Shown here one piece after another: positions 26,850 through 40,850 of a stretch of DNA of 64,000 nucleotides. Position 1 is the stretch's first letter, and each line of letters opens with the position of its first letter. Source of the DNA: Octopus vulgaris (Eukaryota); the NCBI GenBank assembly GCA_951406725.2, contig OX597817.1, positions 128,898,001 to 128,962,000 on the forward strand. The letters are read 5' to 3'. The notes below the pieces were generated by a model. That model saw only the letters and a list, made by a program, of their open reading frames with translations, made no database searches and had not been told where the DNA came from. The position numbers and the translations under genes are program-made.

Positions 26850-27705
26850 TGGAAACCCTTAATGTAAAAGCCACTAGTAGGCTTTTAGGTGGGGTCCCCA
26901 AAGGTACCCAACAAGATATGGAAGTTACTTTCAGCTACAATCAGCGGCTACGTATATCCCCATTTTTCTCCTTCTCTGAACTCGTTTCGGTCATTGATGG
27001 CGGGTTTAAGAGTAGGCTGTATAAATGCTCGTGGCCTGAGTTTGACCTGGAAGCAAAGTCACCTGCTCAACAATTTCAGGTCACTACCTATAGATGTAAC
27101 GGCCATCAGCGCCCAGAATTTCTGACACACAAGATGTAGACCCTATTTTCGACTGCTTTGAGATCTACGTATGGAATTGAGGCGGGCTGGTAGTATTATT
27201 TAAGAAAGGCCAGGATCTTGGTACGGACGATCTTCCTGAACACGGATGGTAAGCTGGTGGTATGGGTGTAATTGCGAAGGTGGTGCTTTTAGACAATTCG
27301 TTGTGTACGATGCAACTGGAGTGAGTCAGCCAGATTTTTTCAGACAACTGAGGATTTTTCGTGGGACGTCACGCTCTTTAGTGCTATTGGGCGATTGGAA
27401 AACCATCTTGGATGCACGCTCGGATAGAGTAGCGCTAGCCTATAGGAGAAAGGGTGAAAGGACGAAAACCAGCTAGCTAGTCTGTTCCTGAAGATTTTCG
27501 AAATGGGGCTAGTAATTCCTGGCCTGACAGTGTTAACGTTTAGATCTGCTGATTCGAGACAAACCCTACAGATTCTGTCAGACAGACCTGTCCGAGATGT
27601 ACGCACGGCGATGAAACCGTTCTACATGCACTCGTCCAGTGTCCAGGCATTGCTGACAGGTGGAGGAGCTTTGTTGGACAGATGTTGATGCGTGTAGGAT
27701 GAACA
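26850..27705 (+). mobile_element. Tx1-like LINE with internal deletion (APE joined to C-terminal CCHC region)
   Basis: MAGLRVGCINARGL..., LVLLGDWKTILD, then directly TCPRCTHGDETVLHALVQCP at about 27586. Confidence 0.75.
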
Positions 27706-27709
27706 ATTC

Positions 27710-28415
27710 CTAAAAATAGGGAGACTTTGAAGAGTTGCTCCTGAAAACCTCACAAAACCACGCACACCTTGACAAATAGGACAGGTGCCCTTTCCACATT
27801 GTCCTCCTTCGACCTACAGACCCGTACCTAGAATAGACACGTTCACTCAGACTATTCTGGATACATTCACCCCCCTTTGAACAAAATTGCTGAGAGGCAG
27901 CATATTCTCTACCTTCAATTTTTTCCCAACATGAAACATTTGGTGAGAATTTTGTCAAACAAGTTATGTCTTCAGCCCTTTCAATCTGGTCCACCACACA
28001 GCATCTTTCACTAAATCCACCAGACAAATATATACTGCACACCCTTTCCGACCAAAGAAAGGCGTGATGATCTTCAAAATACACTCGGCTGATAGCTAGA
28101 TTCGTCCTATATATGACAGCAAGTGTTTGACATAAACCTACAAGTCAGCAATGCTCGGGCACGCCACTGGACGAGAGTACGCAGAACACTTTCGTCGCTC
28201 TGAGAGCATCTCGGGCAAGCCCGGCTGACGACACTTCCATTCCTGTACAGCTTATTCCGAACCGGTAATACCCCCCGGTAGCACTGCCAAGTCAAGGATT
28301 TCTGGAAATTATCCATGGATCCCAGCCCAAAAGTCTTCCGGAAAAGACCCGCCAGTTGATTCTCGTTAACACCTATTGTCTCCCCAAGAAGGTCATTGCA
28401 CTTTATGTTAGGATT
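27710..28415 (-). mobile_element. Tx1-like LINE ORF2 3' end and 3'UTR
   Basis: DNFQKSLTWQCYRGVLPVRNKLYRNG...ACPRCSQSDESVLRTLVQW (zf-RVT-like). Confidence 0.75.
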
Positions 28416-28431
28416 GAAATGAAAAAAAAAA

Positions 28432-28835
28432 GGGCGACACGCTTGCAGAAACGATAGCACACCGGGCGAAATGCTTAGCTGTATTTCGTCTGCCGCTACG
28501 TTCTGAGTTCAAATTCCGCTGAGATCGACTTTGCCTTTCATCCTTTCAGGGTCGATTAAATATGTACCAATTACGCACTGGGGTCGACGTAATCGACTTA
28601 ATCCGTTTGTCTGTCCTTGTTTATCCTTTCTGTGTTTGGCCCCTTGTGGGTAATAAAGAAATAGGTACGTTCTGAGTTCAAATTTTCCGCCGAGGTCGAC
28701 TTTGCCTTTCATCCTTTCGGGGTCGATTAAATAAGTACCAGTTACGCTCTGGGATCGATATAATCGACTTAATCCATTTGTCTGCCCTTGTTTGTCCCCT
28801 CTGTGTAGCCCTTTGTGGGCAATAAAGAAATAAGA
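28432..28835 (+). mobile_element. SINE family A dimer
   Basis: Same architecture as 24168-24587. Confidence 0.85.
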
Positions 28836-29677
28836 ACGTTATTTCACTTGCCTGCCACTAATCCTCTACAGAACGCCAATGTTGATAATCATAATCATGA
28901 ACATAATGGATAATTATTATTACATAAAGAAGCAATTAGGAATAGCATCCAAATCTCTTCCAAATTACATCACAATGTCCGCAAAACAATCAGAACAGGT
29001 ACTCGTAAGTATAGTCTCCTAAAAAGATGGAACGGACACAGCTGGAACGCCATTTCTCATACATCTACACTAGCAGAGCTAACTTAATGCTAAACCGAAA
29101 ATATGATAAAAGTAAAAAACTAAAAAAACTAACCGAAAAGGAATAGTGGCTATGAAAATGATAATGACGATGATGATGATGTTGATAATAAATGATAATG
29201 ATTATGAGGAGGAGGAGAGGAGGAGGAGGTTAAGTACGACGACAAAGACAACGATGACGTCGACGTTGATGATAGTTTAGACACGCGGGAAAATAATAGT
29301 GAAAAAGGAAAGGTACAGGTAAAAAATAAACAACACATGTGAAGTGTGTAGAATATAATATAAAGGCAATCGTTAGGTAAAAGCCCACGTCTTTGTTCAA
29401 ATATTGTATTCATTACACTCATTTGAATAATCTGGCTCTCACTGATGGTAAAATTATATATACATGTATGTATATGTGTGTATATATATACAGTGTGTGT
29501 GTGTATGTGTGTGTTGAGAGTAAAAAATAAACCATAAAAATAGAATAAATAAAATAACTTGTTTTTTGTTTTGGTGCCACACTTACGCGGTACACACGCG
29601 AACGGAACATTGCCTAGTATGCTTCTTGTTTTAGAGTGTATGCATATGTGTGAATATGCATACACACACAAACACGC

Positions 29678-29720
<43 letters not shown>

Positions 29721-30119
29721 TACACACACACACATACACACACACACACATATACGGTATCATTATTTATTATGGACCAGCAAAACCGTTAAAGCAATAA
29801 ATCACGTAGACCTAAATGATTGTTTTAAAACAGTCTCTCTATTTGAAAAGTCAGAATTTGAGGAACTTCGAAGTTTTCATCAAACACGCGTATTACAGTT
29901 AACCAAACGCGCGTCCGTCCTTGGGAACGCGTAATCCGGTGGGTTGGTTGTCGAGCAATGTGTAAGTGGCATGAGGAGATTAAACCTTAGTGGACTTGCG
30001 TTGCATGGAGAGAGGACTTTAATATTTCATGTCGACTTAAGCCCTCGAAAGCCGGATTCATGAGTCTATAGTCACAAAAGTGACTAATATAAGTGTGTGT
30101 CTGTGTGTGTGTGTGTCCC

Positions 30120-30215
<96 letters not shown>

Positions 30216-30237
30216 GTATATGTAAATATATATATAC

Positions 30238-30567
30238 ACAATTGCAGCGCGGAAAGTGTTAATAAGCTATTTAAAAAACACAAACAAACAGTTAGATTCA
30301 CAATATTTGCCAAAATATTTTCGTCGCTTTGAGACCGCAACCTGTTCACAGACAAAATTCCGTGCTCCATCAATTTTGTCAGTGAACAGGTCGCGGTCTC
30401 AAATCAATGAAAATATTTTGGCAAATTAAATTTAAATGTTCATGTGAATCTAACGGTTTTGAGTGTTTCTTAAATGGCTTATAAACACCTTCCACGCTGC
30501 AATTGTTTTCGTTCTAGCACACGATCTCAGATCAGGTCACTTGTTATGCAAGTACATCTCTGTAAGA
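30238..30567 (+). mobile_element. Palindromic PLE-type element with G3-C8 hammerhead-like motif, in a (TA)n context
   Basis: Arms 30238-30358 / 30372-30506 plus about 60 nt unpaired 3' extension; homologous to 57457-57768. Confidence 0.75.
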
Positions 30568-30754
30568 TATATATATATATATTCTTTTAATTTTTTTACT
30601 CGTTTCAGTCATTTTAATCGAAAACATCGACCACAAGAATTTTTCTTTGTAAGTCTAGTACTAATCCTATAGGACCCTTTTGCCAATGCACTAAATTATG
30701 GGGACCTAAACACACCAAAATTTGTTGTCAAGGGATGTGAGGGAACAAACGCAG

Positions 30755-30785
<31 letters not shown>

Positions 30786-30804
30786 TACGCATATATATAT
30801 GCAT

Positions 30805-31372
30805 ATATGGGTACAGGACGTCACAAACGATAAACAATATGAAATACGAAAACAAATGAGTTGAATACGCAAATAATGAGAGAAACAAATGCAAAACAGG
30901 ATAAGTAACATAAAGAATGACACTTCATCAGTTATCGGCTCCCTATTTACTCCTCATTTCGAGTTTTGAACGACAACATGAGTCTTCGAATGCATTTGCT
31001 CCCACAAAAGCCAAAATAAAATTTGGGATTTATGGAGGGTCTAAGTTGGTAACAAAAACAGGACAGTGGATACATACAAGGAAACCGAACGAAAACAAAA
31101 ATGGAGGGTCATTAGACTAGACGAAAGTAAAATAGCGAACGCTGGAGAAATATTTTCTTTGACAAGAGAAAAAATAGAAGAGATAGATAGATAGGATACG
31201 CCCAGCCTCTAGGACAGCCCTGAAACGAAAGAAAGATGATCGCGTGAAGAAAAGAAAGACAGAAGATGGTTATGTGTGAGCAACGAGAGAGAGTATAGGG
31301 GAAAGAGGGGGTAAGAGAGAGACAGATAGAAAACGATAGGGGAAGAGAACAGTATAGGATAGACTCGCATCA
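30805..31372 (-). mobile_element. Putative PLE pseudo-LTR family ending ...gtgacgtcctgtacccatata (related pieces 33600-34250, 56810-57310, 58505-58585)
   Basis: Shared terminus abutting (TA)n, aactgatgaag motif, degenerate ...cgaaa stems. Confidence 0.5.
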
Positions 31373-31556
31373 TGTATATATATATATATATATATGTATG
31401 ATCGGCTAATTTGCAATTTTACACTCGACAGTGAACAAGGCCGCTAATCAGCACTAATATTGCTAAAAATAAGAGTCAAAACAACTCAATCGCCAACAAA
31501 AGCGCTATCTTAATGAGCTGACAAAGGAGACAAGCTCCCTATGGTCGCAGATACAT

Positions 31557-31614
31557 CCAGATCATCGATAATTTCACGTTCTGATGCTTAATGCATCTTA
31601 ACGCTCATCAGTGG
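31557..31614 (-). ncRNA. Type-I hammerhead ribozyme motif (C3-G8) with long stem II
   Basis: CCA CUGAUGA GCGUU-aa-GAUGC-auuaa-GCAUC-ag-AACGU GAAA UUAUCGAUGA UC UGG. Confidence 0.75.
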
Positions 31615-31918
31615 CTCTCCCCGCACCTAAGGTTTTACTTGTCAGCTAATTTCAAATGTAAAAGTGAAAATTATAAATAATATGGGTGGCTAATTCGCTA
31701 TCTTACAACCTAAAGGTAGAAATATATAGTCACTAAAGTGAATATGGGCACTTATCAGCACCAGTATTGCTAGAAATAGGAGTCAAAACAACTCAATAGT
31801 CACAGAAGCACAAAACAACTCAATAGTCACAAAACAACTCAATAGTCACAATTAGTTGACAAATGAGATAAGCTCCCTAAGGTCGCAAATACAGCCACTT
31901 TTACCGTTTATGAAATCA

Positions 31919-31960
<42 letters not shown>

Positions 31961-31964
31961 CCTG

Positions 31965-32010
<46 letters not shown>

Positions 32011-32050
32011 TGACGACAAAAGAATGAATGAGAATTTATCTATAAATATA

Positions 32051-32264
32051 ATATGTAACATTTAGTTGGTTGTCATAATAGAACTCAGAGTCTCGGATGC
32101 CGGAGCTGAAGACTACTCTGGTATGTCATCAGTTATTAAGACAAAAATGCTATGAGATCTACATAGCGTTTTTGTCTTAATAACTGATGAGATACCGAGC
32201 AGACTTCAGCCCCGGCATCCAAAACTCTGAGTTTTATTACAACAACCAACTACTTGTCACATAT
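32051..32264. mobile_element. Palindromic element, each arm a degenerate hammerhead (C3-G8)
   Basis: Right arm UAAUAA CUGAUGA GAUACCG...CGGCAUC C aAAA CUC-u-GAG UU UUAUUA; left arm has GAgA, so the consensus is GAAA. Confidence 0.65.
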
Positions 32265-32751
32265 CATATATATATATATATATATATAAATGAGTGTTTG
32301 TGTGTGTGTGTGTGTATTGGTGTATGCGTATATGTGTGTACATAGCTGTTAATGATAAGGTTTACTATTCGTAGTTGATGACACGCAGGAGTACAGAAGC
32401 GGAATAGAATGACGTAATTCACACCCCAATATGTGTATTCACACGTGTTATTTTGGATAAGAATTTTCTTCCGGGAACATTTCCGCACCAGAGGTTTTTC
32501 TCATTGTATGCATGTATGAATGAATGTATGCATGTATATAGGTAGGTAGGCACGTACGTACGTATGTGTGTATGCGTGTGTGTGTGTGTGTGAGTGTGTG
32601 TGTATGTGTGTGTGAATGTGCATGGCTCAGCATATGCGCAGACTAGATGTATTCATCAGTGACTGTGACTCACTGATTAATACGGGTGAGTGATGCTGAC
32701 TGCCCGGCATGATTTAAAATATATACTTCCTTACGAACGTGTATGTAAATG

Positions 32752-33050
<299 letters not shown>

Positions 33051-33077
33051 AGCTATGTAACTATGTATATATTTATA

Positions 33078-33452
33078 TCTTTCTATTCTATATATAAACG
33101 GCAGTTTGTCTGTGTGTGTTTCTGTGTGTCTGTTAGGTTGTACCCTCACCCTGACCACGGCTTTCAACCGATTCTGATGAAACTTGACACACACATAGCC
33201 CAACGTCATAATTCAAAACTAACGCAGCGAAAATTTTGAAAAGTTCCCCCAGTTCTGAAAAAAATCGATAAATTCGACATGGGGTCGAGAATCAGAAGCA
33301 CAAACCACAGACTGTCTAGGGGACGCAACTCGACCTTTTTAACTAAAAAAAATTTACCATAATTTTTTTTTCCATTTTTTGGCTATAACTCTCTAAAAAT
33401 GCTTTATAGTTATTTCCCTTACAAACCCGAGCAACGCCGGGCGATACTGGTA

Positions 33453-33453
<1 letters not shown>
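33078..33453 (+). mobile_element. Non-autonomous Helitron (same family as 7817-8182)
   Basis: A|TC start, cccgagcaacgccggg hairpin, gTAG|T end. Confidence 0.8.
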
Positions 33454-33490
<37 letters not shown>

Positions 33491-33563
33491 CTGCATTTTA
33501 TTTATATCTATATTCATACATACACACACACATATATATATATGTGTGTGCGTGTGTCTATGA

Positions 33564-33599
<36 letters not shown>

Positions 33600-34286
33600 A
33601 TGTTCTGTACCGCTCTTTTACCTTTTCCTTTAGCCCCCTTCACACTTTCTTCGTTCCTTCTACTTTTCTTTTTCTCGCTCCCACTCCTTTTCACATTTCT
33701 TGGTCTTCCCTTCATTCTCATCATTTTCCCCCTTCCTTTACCTCACTCTGCTCCTTTTTTTTCTCTTTTTCGTCTCTCCCTAATTCTTCAATCCCTCTAC
33801 CCACTACCTCTCTCCTCTTCTTCAACATGACCAGCATTCGGCCAAGCCTGACCTTTATTTCTTGATTCGACTATCATCTCTTTTATTCCTTCTCATGACT
33901 TTCGTCTCCTATGTTCCTGCCGTAAGGCTTCACTTCTACACACGCCAGCTTAATTTAATTCGCCCTTAGTCGAAAGACACCTGTTGTTAATGTCCTGTTG
34001 TTTGTATTTGTAACTGCGTACAATTTCTCCGTTGTTTTCGTATACATTCCCTTCCTTTCTTCCAAAGAATGTAGTGCTCCTAGTTTAGATGTCTCAAGAA
34101 TAACCGGCCGAAACTGCAAAGAAGATCTGGTAATCGACTGAAGATTGAAAGCTCCGAATGACCCGTCTTTATTTTTTCCTGTCCTTTGTATCGTGTAACT
34201 GTCCGTATGTTGTAGTCTCACCCGTTAACTTTTTGTTCCATTTTTTGATTTGTTTTATACACACACACACACACACACACACACTC

Positions 34287-34327
<41 letters not shown>

Positions 34328-34330
<3 letters not shown>

Positions 34331-34645
34331 GCGCAGGCGTGGCTGTCTCATAAGTATGCTCCTCAACTACATGATTTAGGGTTCAATTCCATTCTTTGTG
34401 TGTTGCATAGGGCAAGTATATTCTGCTATAACCTCGTGTCGACCAAAGCCTGCATAGATTTGGTATTCGGAAACAGCGAGAAGCCTGTTATGTATATGTG
34501 TGTGTCTTTGTGTGTGTTTGCGTGTGTTTCTGTTTGTGTTTCTCCACCACCATCGCTTGTCAAGCGGTGTTGGAGTGTTTAAGTCCCGTAACTTAGTGCT
34601 TTTTGCAGAGACACATATAGAATAAATACCAGTTTTAAAAACAAG
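34328..34645 (+). mobile_element. Older SINE family C copy
   Basis: ggcgcaggcgtggctgt head; gggcaagtatattctgctataacctcg body. Confidence 0.65.
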
Positions 34646-35094
34646 GCGTGTTGAAGATTCTGTCAGCTCACTGCATTAACGACAGCAATAACAATAAAAA
34701 AATAACGATGATGACGACGACGATGGTGGCAGCGGTGACGACGATGATGATGATGATCAGGGAAACTATCGAAACCGAGAATCCACAGCCATAAAAAAAA
34801 ATGGAGAACAACAGAAATGTCAATAATAAGCGCGCATATCGATACACAGATACATATACACAAAGGTGTGCTCATATATATACATTTAAAGCGTCACATA
34901 TACATACACAGTCATTCACACGCACCCACTCACACGCACCTACTCATCCGTACACAGGTTCAGGCATACATGTGCTTTTGTGTTTTTAAGCGAGACTTCG
35001 CGAGTGTGCGCACGCGAGCGGGCCGATAGAGATATGTGTATATACTTATGTATCAACGTATATGTATATTTGTATGCATGTGTTTGTGGCTTTT

Positions 35095-35098
35095 TGCA

Positions 35099-35177
<79 letters not shown>

Positions 35178-35345
35178 GTATATAGACATATCTATACACA
35201 CACACACATATATATATACTTAGAAATCCTTAAAACTTATATATACAAACATATATTTATATATATATATATATATATGTGTATGTATGTATGTAGATAT
35301 ATATATATATATTTGTGTGCGTATGTGATGTACATATCCATACAG

Positions 35346-35416
<71 letters not shown>

Positions 35417-35457
35417 CATGTGTATATATATATGCACATATATGTACATATATATAC

Positions 35458-35506
<49 letters not shown>

Positions 35507-35553
35507 TATGTATATATATATACATACATACATACATACATACACAAATACAC

Positions 35554-35592
<39 letters not shown>

Positions 35593-35908
35593 GACATGCT
35601 AATTAATTTTGTCTACCTTTGTGTTATGCGTGTGTACCTGCGTGGTGAATAACTGTGTTGTGTATTCATGAACACAGGCTGCTGCACATTTTCTCATGAA
35701 AATTCATAGATATATCAATTCAGACCGGTTATTAACAATAGTCTCATTTGTATTTCTTAGTTTTCTCCTTCTATTTCATATTATTTTAGAGAGGAACTTT
35801 CCTTTACTATTTGCGCATGTGCAGAAACTTGGCTCTCAAGATCTATTTCTAAATGTTTTGTCCTTTATACTTGCTTTTAGATATTCTTGGAGTGTTTTGC
35901 AATACAGA

Positions 35909-35971
<63 letters not shown>

Positions 35972-36220
35972 AACACACACACACGCATACACACTCACAC
36001 ATGCATGCACACACCTCGCATATATAGACGTACTGAAGTATATGTGTGTCTATATATAAGTATATATGTGTGCGTGTGCGTGTATATATATATACACACA
36101 CACATGCATATATATATATATATACATATATACATACGCATTTCATACACACACACACACACTAACGTGTACACACTGACACTCATACATACGCACACGC
36201 GTACCCACCACACACACATA
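35095..36220. repeat. Compound (TCTA)n/(TA)n/(TG)n/(CA)n block
   Basis: Direct reading. Confidence 0.9.
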
Positions 36221-36975
36221 CAGAAGCGTAGGTTGACTTTAAATTTGCATTGTAATTTTATGTGTGATATGTGTATTTTTGTACAACAGTTATATGTAAA
36301 TATTGTTGGACTTTTATAAATCCCTTTGATACTGAATATTATTTTTAAACAACTAGTTAGTTGGCTTTTCATTCTCTGTATATTTATTGAGTACATTTCG
36401 AAGAGACAAACGTTTAATTTTAGGATTGTGTATATAGAAGATTGACCCTTTGTCAGTACGTGACTGAGACGTTTCCGAGTTTCTCAGCTATGATACTATG
36501 AATAACACAATTACATTTGTAGTTTTTGAAAATCAATAGGTAAAAAGAATACGTCCGTTATGCAAGGCTATATTCTTTCCTACTTCTAAGATTTCGTCCA
36601 CTCACCTTTTCCGTTCTTTTAACAGATTTGTTTCCTGAAATGAATACCGGAGTAAATATTTACGGGACCCAAATTAATGTATTACTCTTACTTTATTGAC
36701 TTCCTCACGATTTGAAATGACTAGCAAAGAGAGAAAGACAGGAAGAAAGGAATACAAAAAGAGGGAAAGACAAAGAAGACTGCTTTGGTACCTAATTTTT
36801 CTGTTCTAGAATGATGTCCGCATGTCTCTATTGGTGTCCACTTCGGAACCGTTTGCATCCGGGTTCGATTCCACTTCACAACCTCGTTGATATTTTCTGC
36901 GGGAACTTTGAAGGCTGGTAATTGTGCTGCCCTGCGTGTACATACATATATACAGTGACCCATGTATAATTGTTC

Positions 36976-37223
<248 letters not shown>

Positions 37224-37964
37224 GGATCTTTTCACTTTGACCGGTAGATTTTAAAAATAATTTCTTTGTAACTAAACACTTTTGAATTTCGTATACTGGT
37301 AGAATGTGTCACATAAAACATCTTTTTCTCTCGGCGTTCTTGAGAAAATGATGTAGTTTGTAAGCTATTTCTTGTTTAATTTCTTGTATTTCGGCAATTT
37401 CAACCAATCAATGACGTCTATTGATGTGAATATAATTACTGCTGTTACTTGCCAACAAATTCAACAACAACTTCCGATCGTCATTTTCCATAAATTTTTT
37501 ATTTTTTTATATATGTGGGGTCAGGATTAGGGTTAGTGATTGGGGGAAGGGTATCTTTTTTTCTTCAGAAATGGATATAAGCTGCAAATATAAACATTTT
37601 GTGGCCATAAACTGAGAGATCGCTCGTAAACAGAGCTGGATAACAAAACCGTTCCCTCATTTAGTGTCCACCTATAATTATGACCCGAGTATCGATCTCG
37701 AAATAGACACCACTGGAAGTTGTCTTTGAATTTGTTGGCAAGCAACAGCAGTAATTGTATTCACCTCAATAGACGTCATTGATTGGTTGAAATTGCCGAA
37801 ATACAAGAAATTAAACAAAAAATAGCTTACAAACTACATAATTTTCTCAAGAACGCCAAAAGAAAAAGATGTTTTATGTGACACATTCTACTAGTATACG
37901 AAGTTTAAAAGTGTTTAGTTACAAAGAAATTATTTTTAAAATCTGCGGGTCAAAGTGAAAAGAT

Positions 37965-37967
<3 letters not shown>
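37224..37967. mobile_element. MITE-like element with about 240-bp TIRs inside (TA)n
   Basis: GGATCTTTTCACTTTGACC...caacaaattcaa (37224-37464) inverted at 37726-37967 ...GGTCAAAGTGAAAAGATCC, TA flanks. Confidence 0.85.
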
Positions 37968-38037
<70 letters not shown>

Positions 38038-38041
38038 TACA

Positions 38042-38494
38042 TACGCGGTGCATCCCAGAAAATTTGAGATTTGTTAGGAGAAGCAGTAATAACTGTTCTA
38101 GGCTGCTTATGGATACACTAGTATGCACTGAACATCTGTCTTTCACTACCACAAGAAGGAAAGCAAACTAGTCTACCGGAAGGGTCATGATGATCCCTTT
38201 TTCGACAGCAAGTGCATCATCTACGTCTACTGGGTTCTCTCTGGCTAGACGGTGAATCGTGTACTATGTGGATGTTTCGAGGGAGTTCAGGGAGAGTAAT
38301 TTAGTCGCAGAAGGTTGGATTACCTGCTCCAGGACCATGCACCAATCTTGGATTCCATCTTGGTTACCAACTACTTGAGAAAGATGAGCATGGAAACTGT
38401 CCCTCAACTTCACTACAATCCAGACCGTGCTCCTTCTGTTGAAATGAGTAAGTGTCTCTTCTGAAACGTTTCACAGCTTTGGAATGTACCTTAT
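38042..38494 (+). mobile_element. Degenerate mariner (DD34D-type) remnant
   Basis: STGRVMMIPFFDSKCII...TVN and ETVPQLHYNPDRAPS (approximates HPPYSPDLAPSD); termini tacgcggtgcatccca / ttggaatgtaccttata. Confidence 0.65.
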
Positions 38495-38541
38495 ACACTC
38501 ACATATACATACATACATACATACATACATACATACATACA

Positions 38542-38572
<31 letters not shown>

Positions 38573-38894
38573 GTATTCGTGTAAAGTGATACCTAACATT
38601 TTCGAGTATAATCGGATGTGAAAAGATTTGCCGCTGCAGAAATTCTCCCGCACACAAATATATGTGTGTGTGTGTGAGTATGTGTGTGTATGAGTATGTG
38701 TGTTTGCATGCATGTGTGTATGTATGCATGTACATTTTTTGTACATGTTTCAGTCATTAGACTCCGACTATGCTGGAGAACCACCTTGAAGAAATTTAGG
38801 CGAACGAATCTATCCGAGTACGTTTTTTATAAAAAAAAAAAAAAGCGACATGCCATCGATTCTGCTAGTTTGTTACCTTACGTATATTAATAGT

Positions 38895-39045
38895 TCTTTC
38901 TACTGCAAACATAAGGTCTAAATTTTTGAGGTGGGGATAAGTCGATTATATCTTCTCTAGTAGATTTGAACTCAGAACGTAAAGACAGACGAAACACCAC
39001 AAAGCCTTTTGCACGGAGTGGCAACGACTCTCAGCTTGCCATCTT
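38895..39045 (-). mobile_element. Deleted SINE family A copy
   Basis: tttgaactcagaacgtaaagacagacgaaa. Confidence 0.65.
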
Positions 39046-39983
39046 ACACGTGTTGTATATTGTATGATGTAATACATATGCATACACAAGCGTGCAACAC
39101 ACACTCACGCACAGACACACAGACATATACTCTCACACACACGCATGCACACATGTTTGTGTGTATGTGTATGTATGTATATATACTTGTAAGCATTGTT
39201 CATGTATTCACATTTCACTAACCTTGTCAATGATTATGTAAGTAAAATGTTTCACAAAAAGGCATAACAAAATAGTACCTAAACTACATCAACTGCTGAA
39301 TATTTCACAAATAAATTAGAAAAAATTTAAGAATAAGACCAGCGTTAAAGTCACCTGTTGCCGACCCCTGCCCTAAGTGAAATTTGCATTATACAAATAA
39401 AAAATATAAAAAAAAGACTATTTTTAATAGTATAGATGACAGGTGGAAACTATGATAATTGGTGTGCTTTGCGCCCAAAATATTTAAATACAACAAAAAC
39501 TTCAAATAAACAAAGCACATGTTACCTAGTGTAATTATTTTCTTTTAGCTTACACAGAATAATCATGCCATGCGCTACGCGCTCTAAAACTAAGGTGTAT
39601 TGATTACATTTGTGTGTAATGTAGAAGAAACAAAAGTGATAATTGCACTGTATTTACTTTAAATTATCGAATTAACATGTTAAGCCATGTTTCTCACCTT
39701 CAGATTATATTATCTAAACCAGAGTAATCCAAAAAGAGATATCTCTAACTAACCTAGTATTCTTAACAATTCTAGTAAGTCTCTAACCTAAGAACCGTTA
39801 ATAAAAAAGCAACTAAAATAATTCTACAAATAAATACCACGAACCATTCATGCCGGCGTATGTGTGTGATAAGAAATGTGGCACCTTGCACAAGTGTCTT
39901 CTACTATAGCCTTGGCTTGGGGTTACCAAAGCCTTGTGAATGGATTTGGTAGACGGAAACGGAAAACAAAAGAACAGTCGTGT

Positions 39984-40030
<47 letters not shown>

Positions 40031-40284
40031 AGAAGTAATTAAGATTCAATTGAATTAGGTACTTAAGCTGAGGAACCAAGTCAGTCTAGTATGGTCTGCA
40101 CATCTCAAAGTTAGGTGTATAAAAAGCAAATAAGCAACACGGATGTCCAGGTACCAGTTCATTACAATCGATTAAAAGGAGTCCCTTGAAACGGCCGTAA
40201 TGCACTAATACCTGGATATCCTTGTTACTTGTATGCTTTATATTTTTATATTTTCTTTATATATTTTTTATTTATTTATATTTA

Positions 40285-40850
40285 TTTTATTTAGTTTCAG
40301 CTCACGAGCTGTGGCCTTGCTGGGGCACCGCCATTTGGTGTTGTTACATAATTTTACTTCACAAATGCTTTTTAGGGATTGACTTTTGGTGCATGAGAGA
40401 GTTTGAAGCAGCTGCCCTCATCTGCACCTCCTGCCGCGAAGTTGGTTCATCTGGAACACTTGACAGGAAGAGGTTCAGCTTTATTTTGAAGACACCTACA
40501 TCCACCCAATGCAGGTCTCTCAGATCCTTCGGGAAGATATTGAAGAGTTGTGGATCTCTGAAACCCAGGCTATTGCAGTATCTTGTCCTACATCTTGATG
40601 GCAAATTTGGAGTCCTTGGCACTATGCAGTGGCGCACAATTCTAGTGTTTGCGTAACCCTCGATGCCAAAGTTTGGGACAAGTCCTTCCACGATCTTCCA
40701 GATGTATTTTATGGCATATTTTTCTCGCCTACGCTCTAAGGAATAGTCTTAATCTATTGAGTCTTTCCCAATAGCTTATGTGCTGCATAGAGGCTATCTT
40801 CTTCGTGTAGCTTCGTTGGATTGCCTCAAGTTCTGCGATAAATTTGACAC
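40285..40850 (-). mobile_element. CR1-like LINE 3' end (ORF2 C-terminus, 3'UTR, A-rich tail)
   Basis: ELEAIQRSYTKKI...SYWERL...IWKIVEGLVPN...PQLFNIFPKDLR...FKIKLNLFLSSVPDEP. Confidence 0.8.

Noticed and set aside
31783-31850. Three short direct repeats caaaacaactcaatagtca, superficially CRISPR-like
   Set aside because: No unique spacers, eukaryotic context; a slippage duplication.
36810-36917. Exon-like segment (ctag|AATG...CTG|gtaatt)
   Set aside because: Contains ccgggttcgattcc, a tRNA/SINE B-box, so it is probably a decayed SINE; no protein similarity recognised.
37525-37540. TTAGGG telomere-like motif
   Set aside because: Fewer than two units, internal to a MITE-like element.
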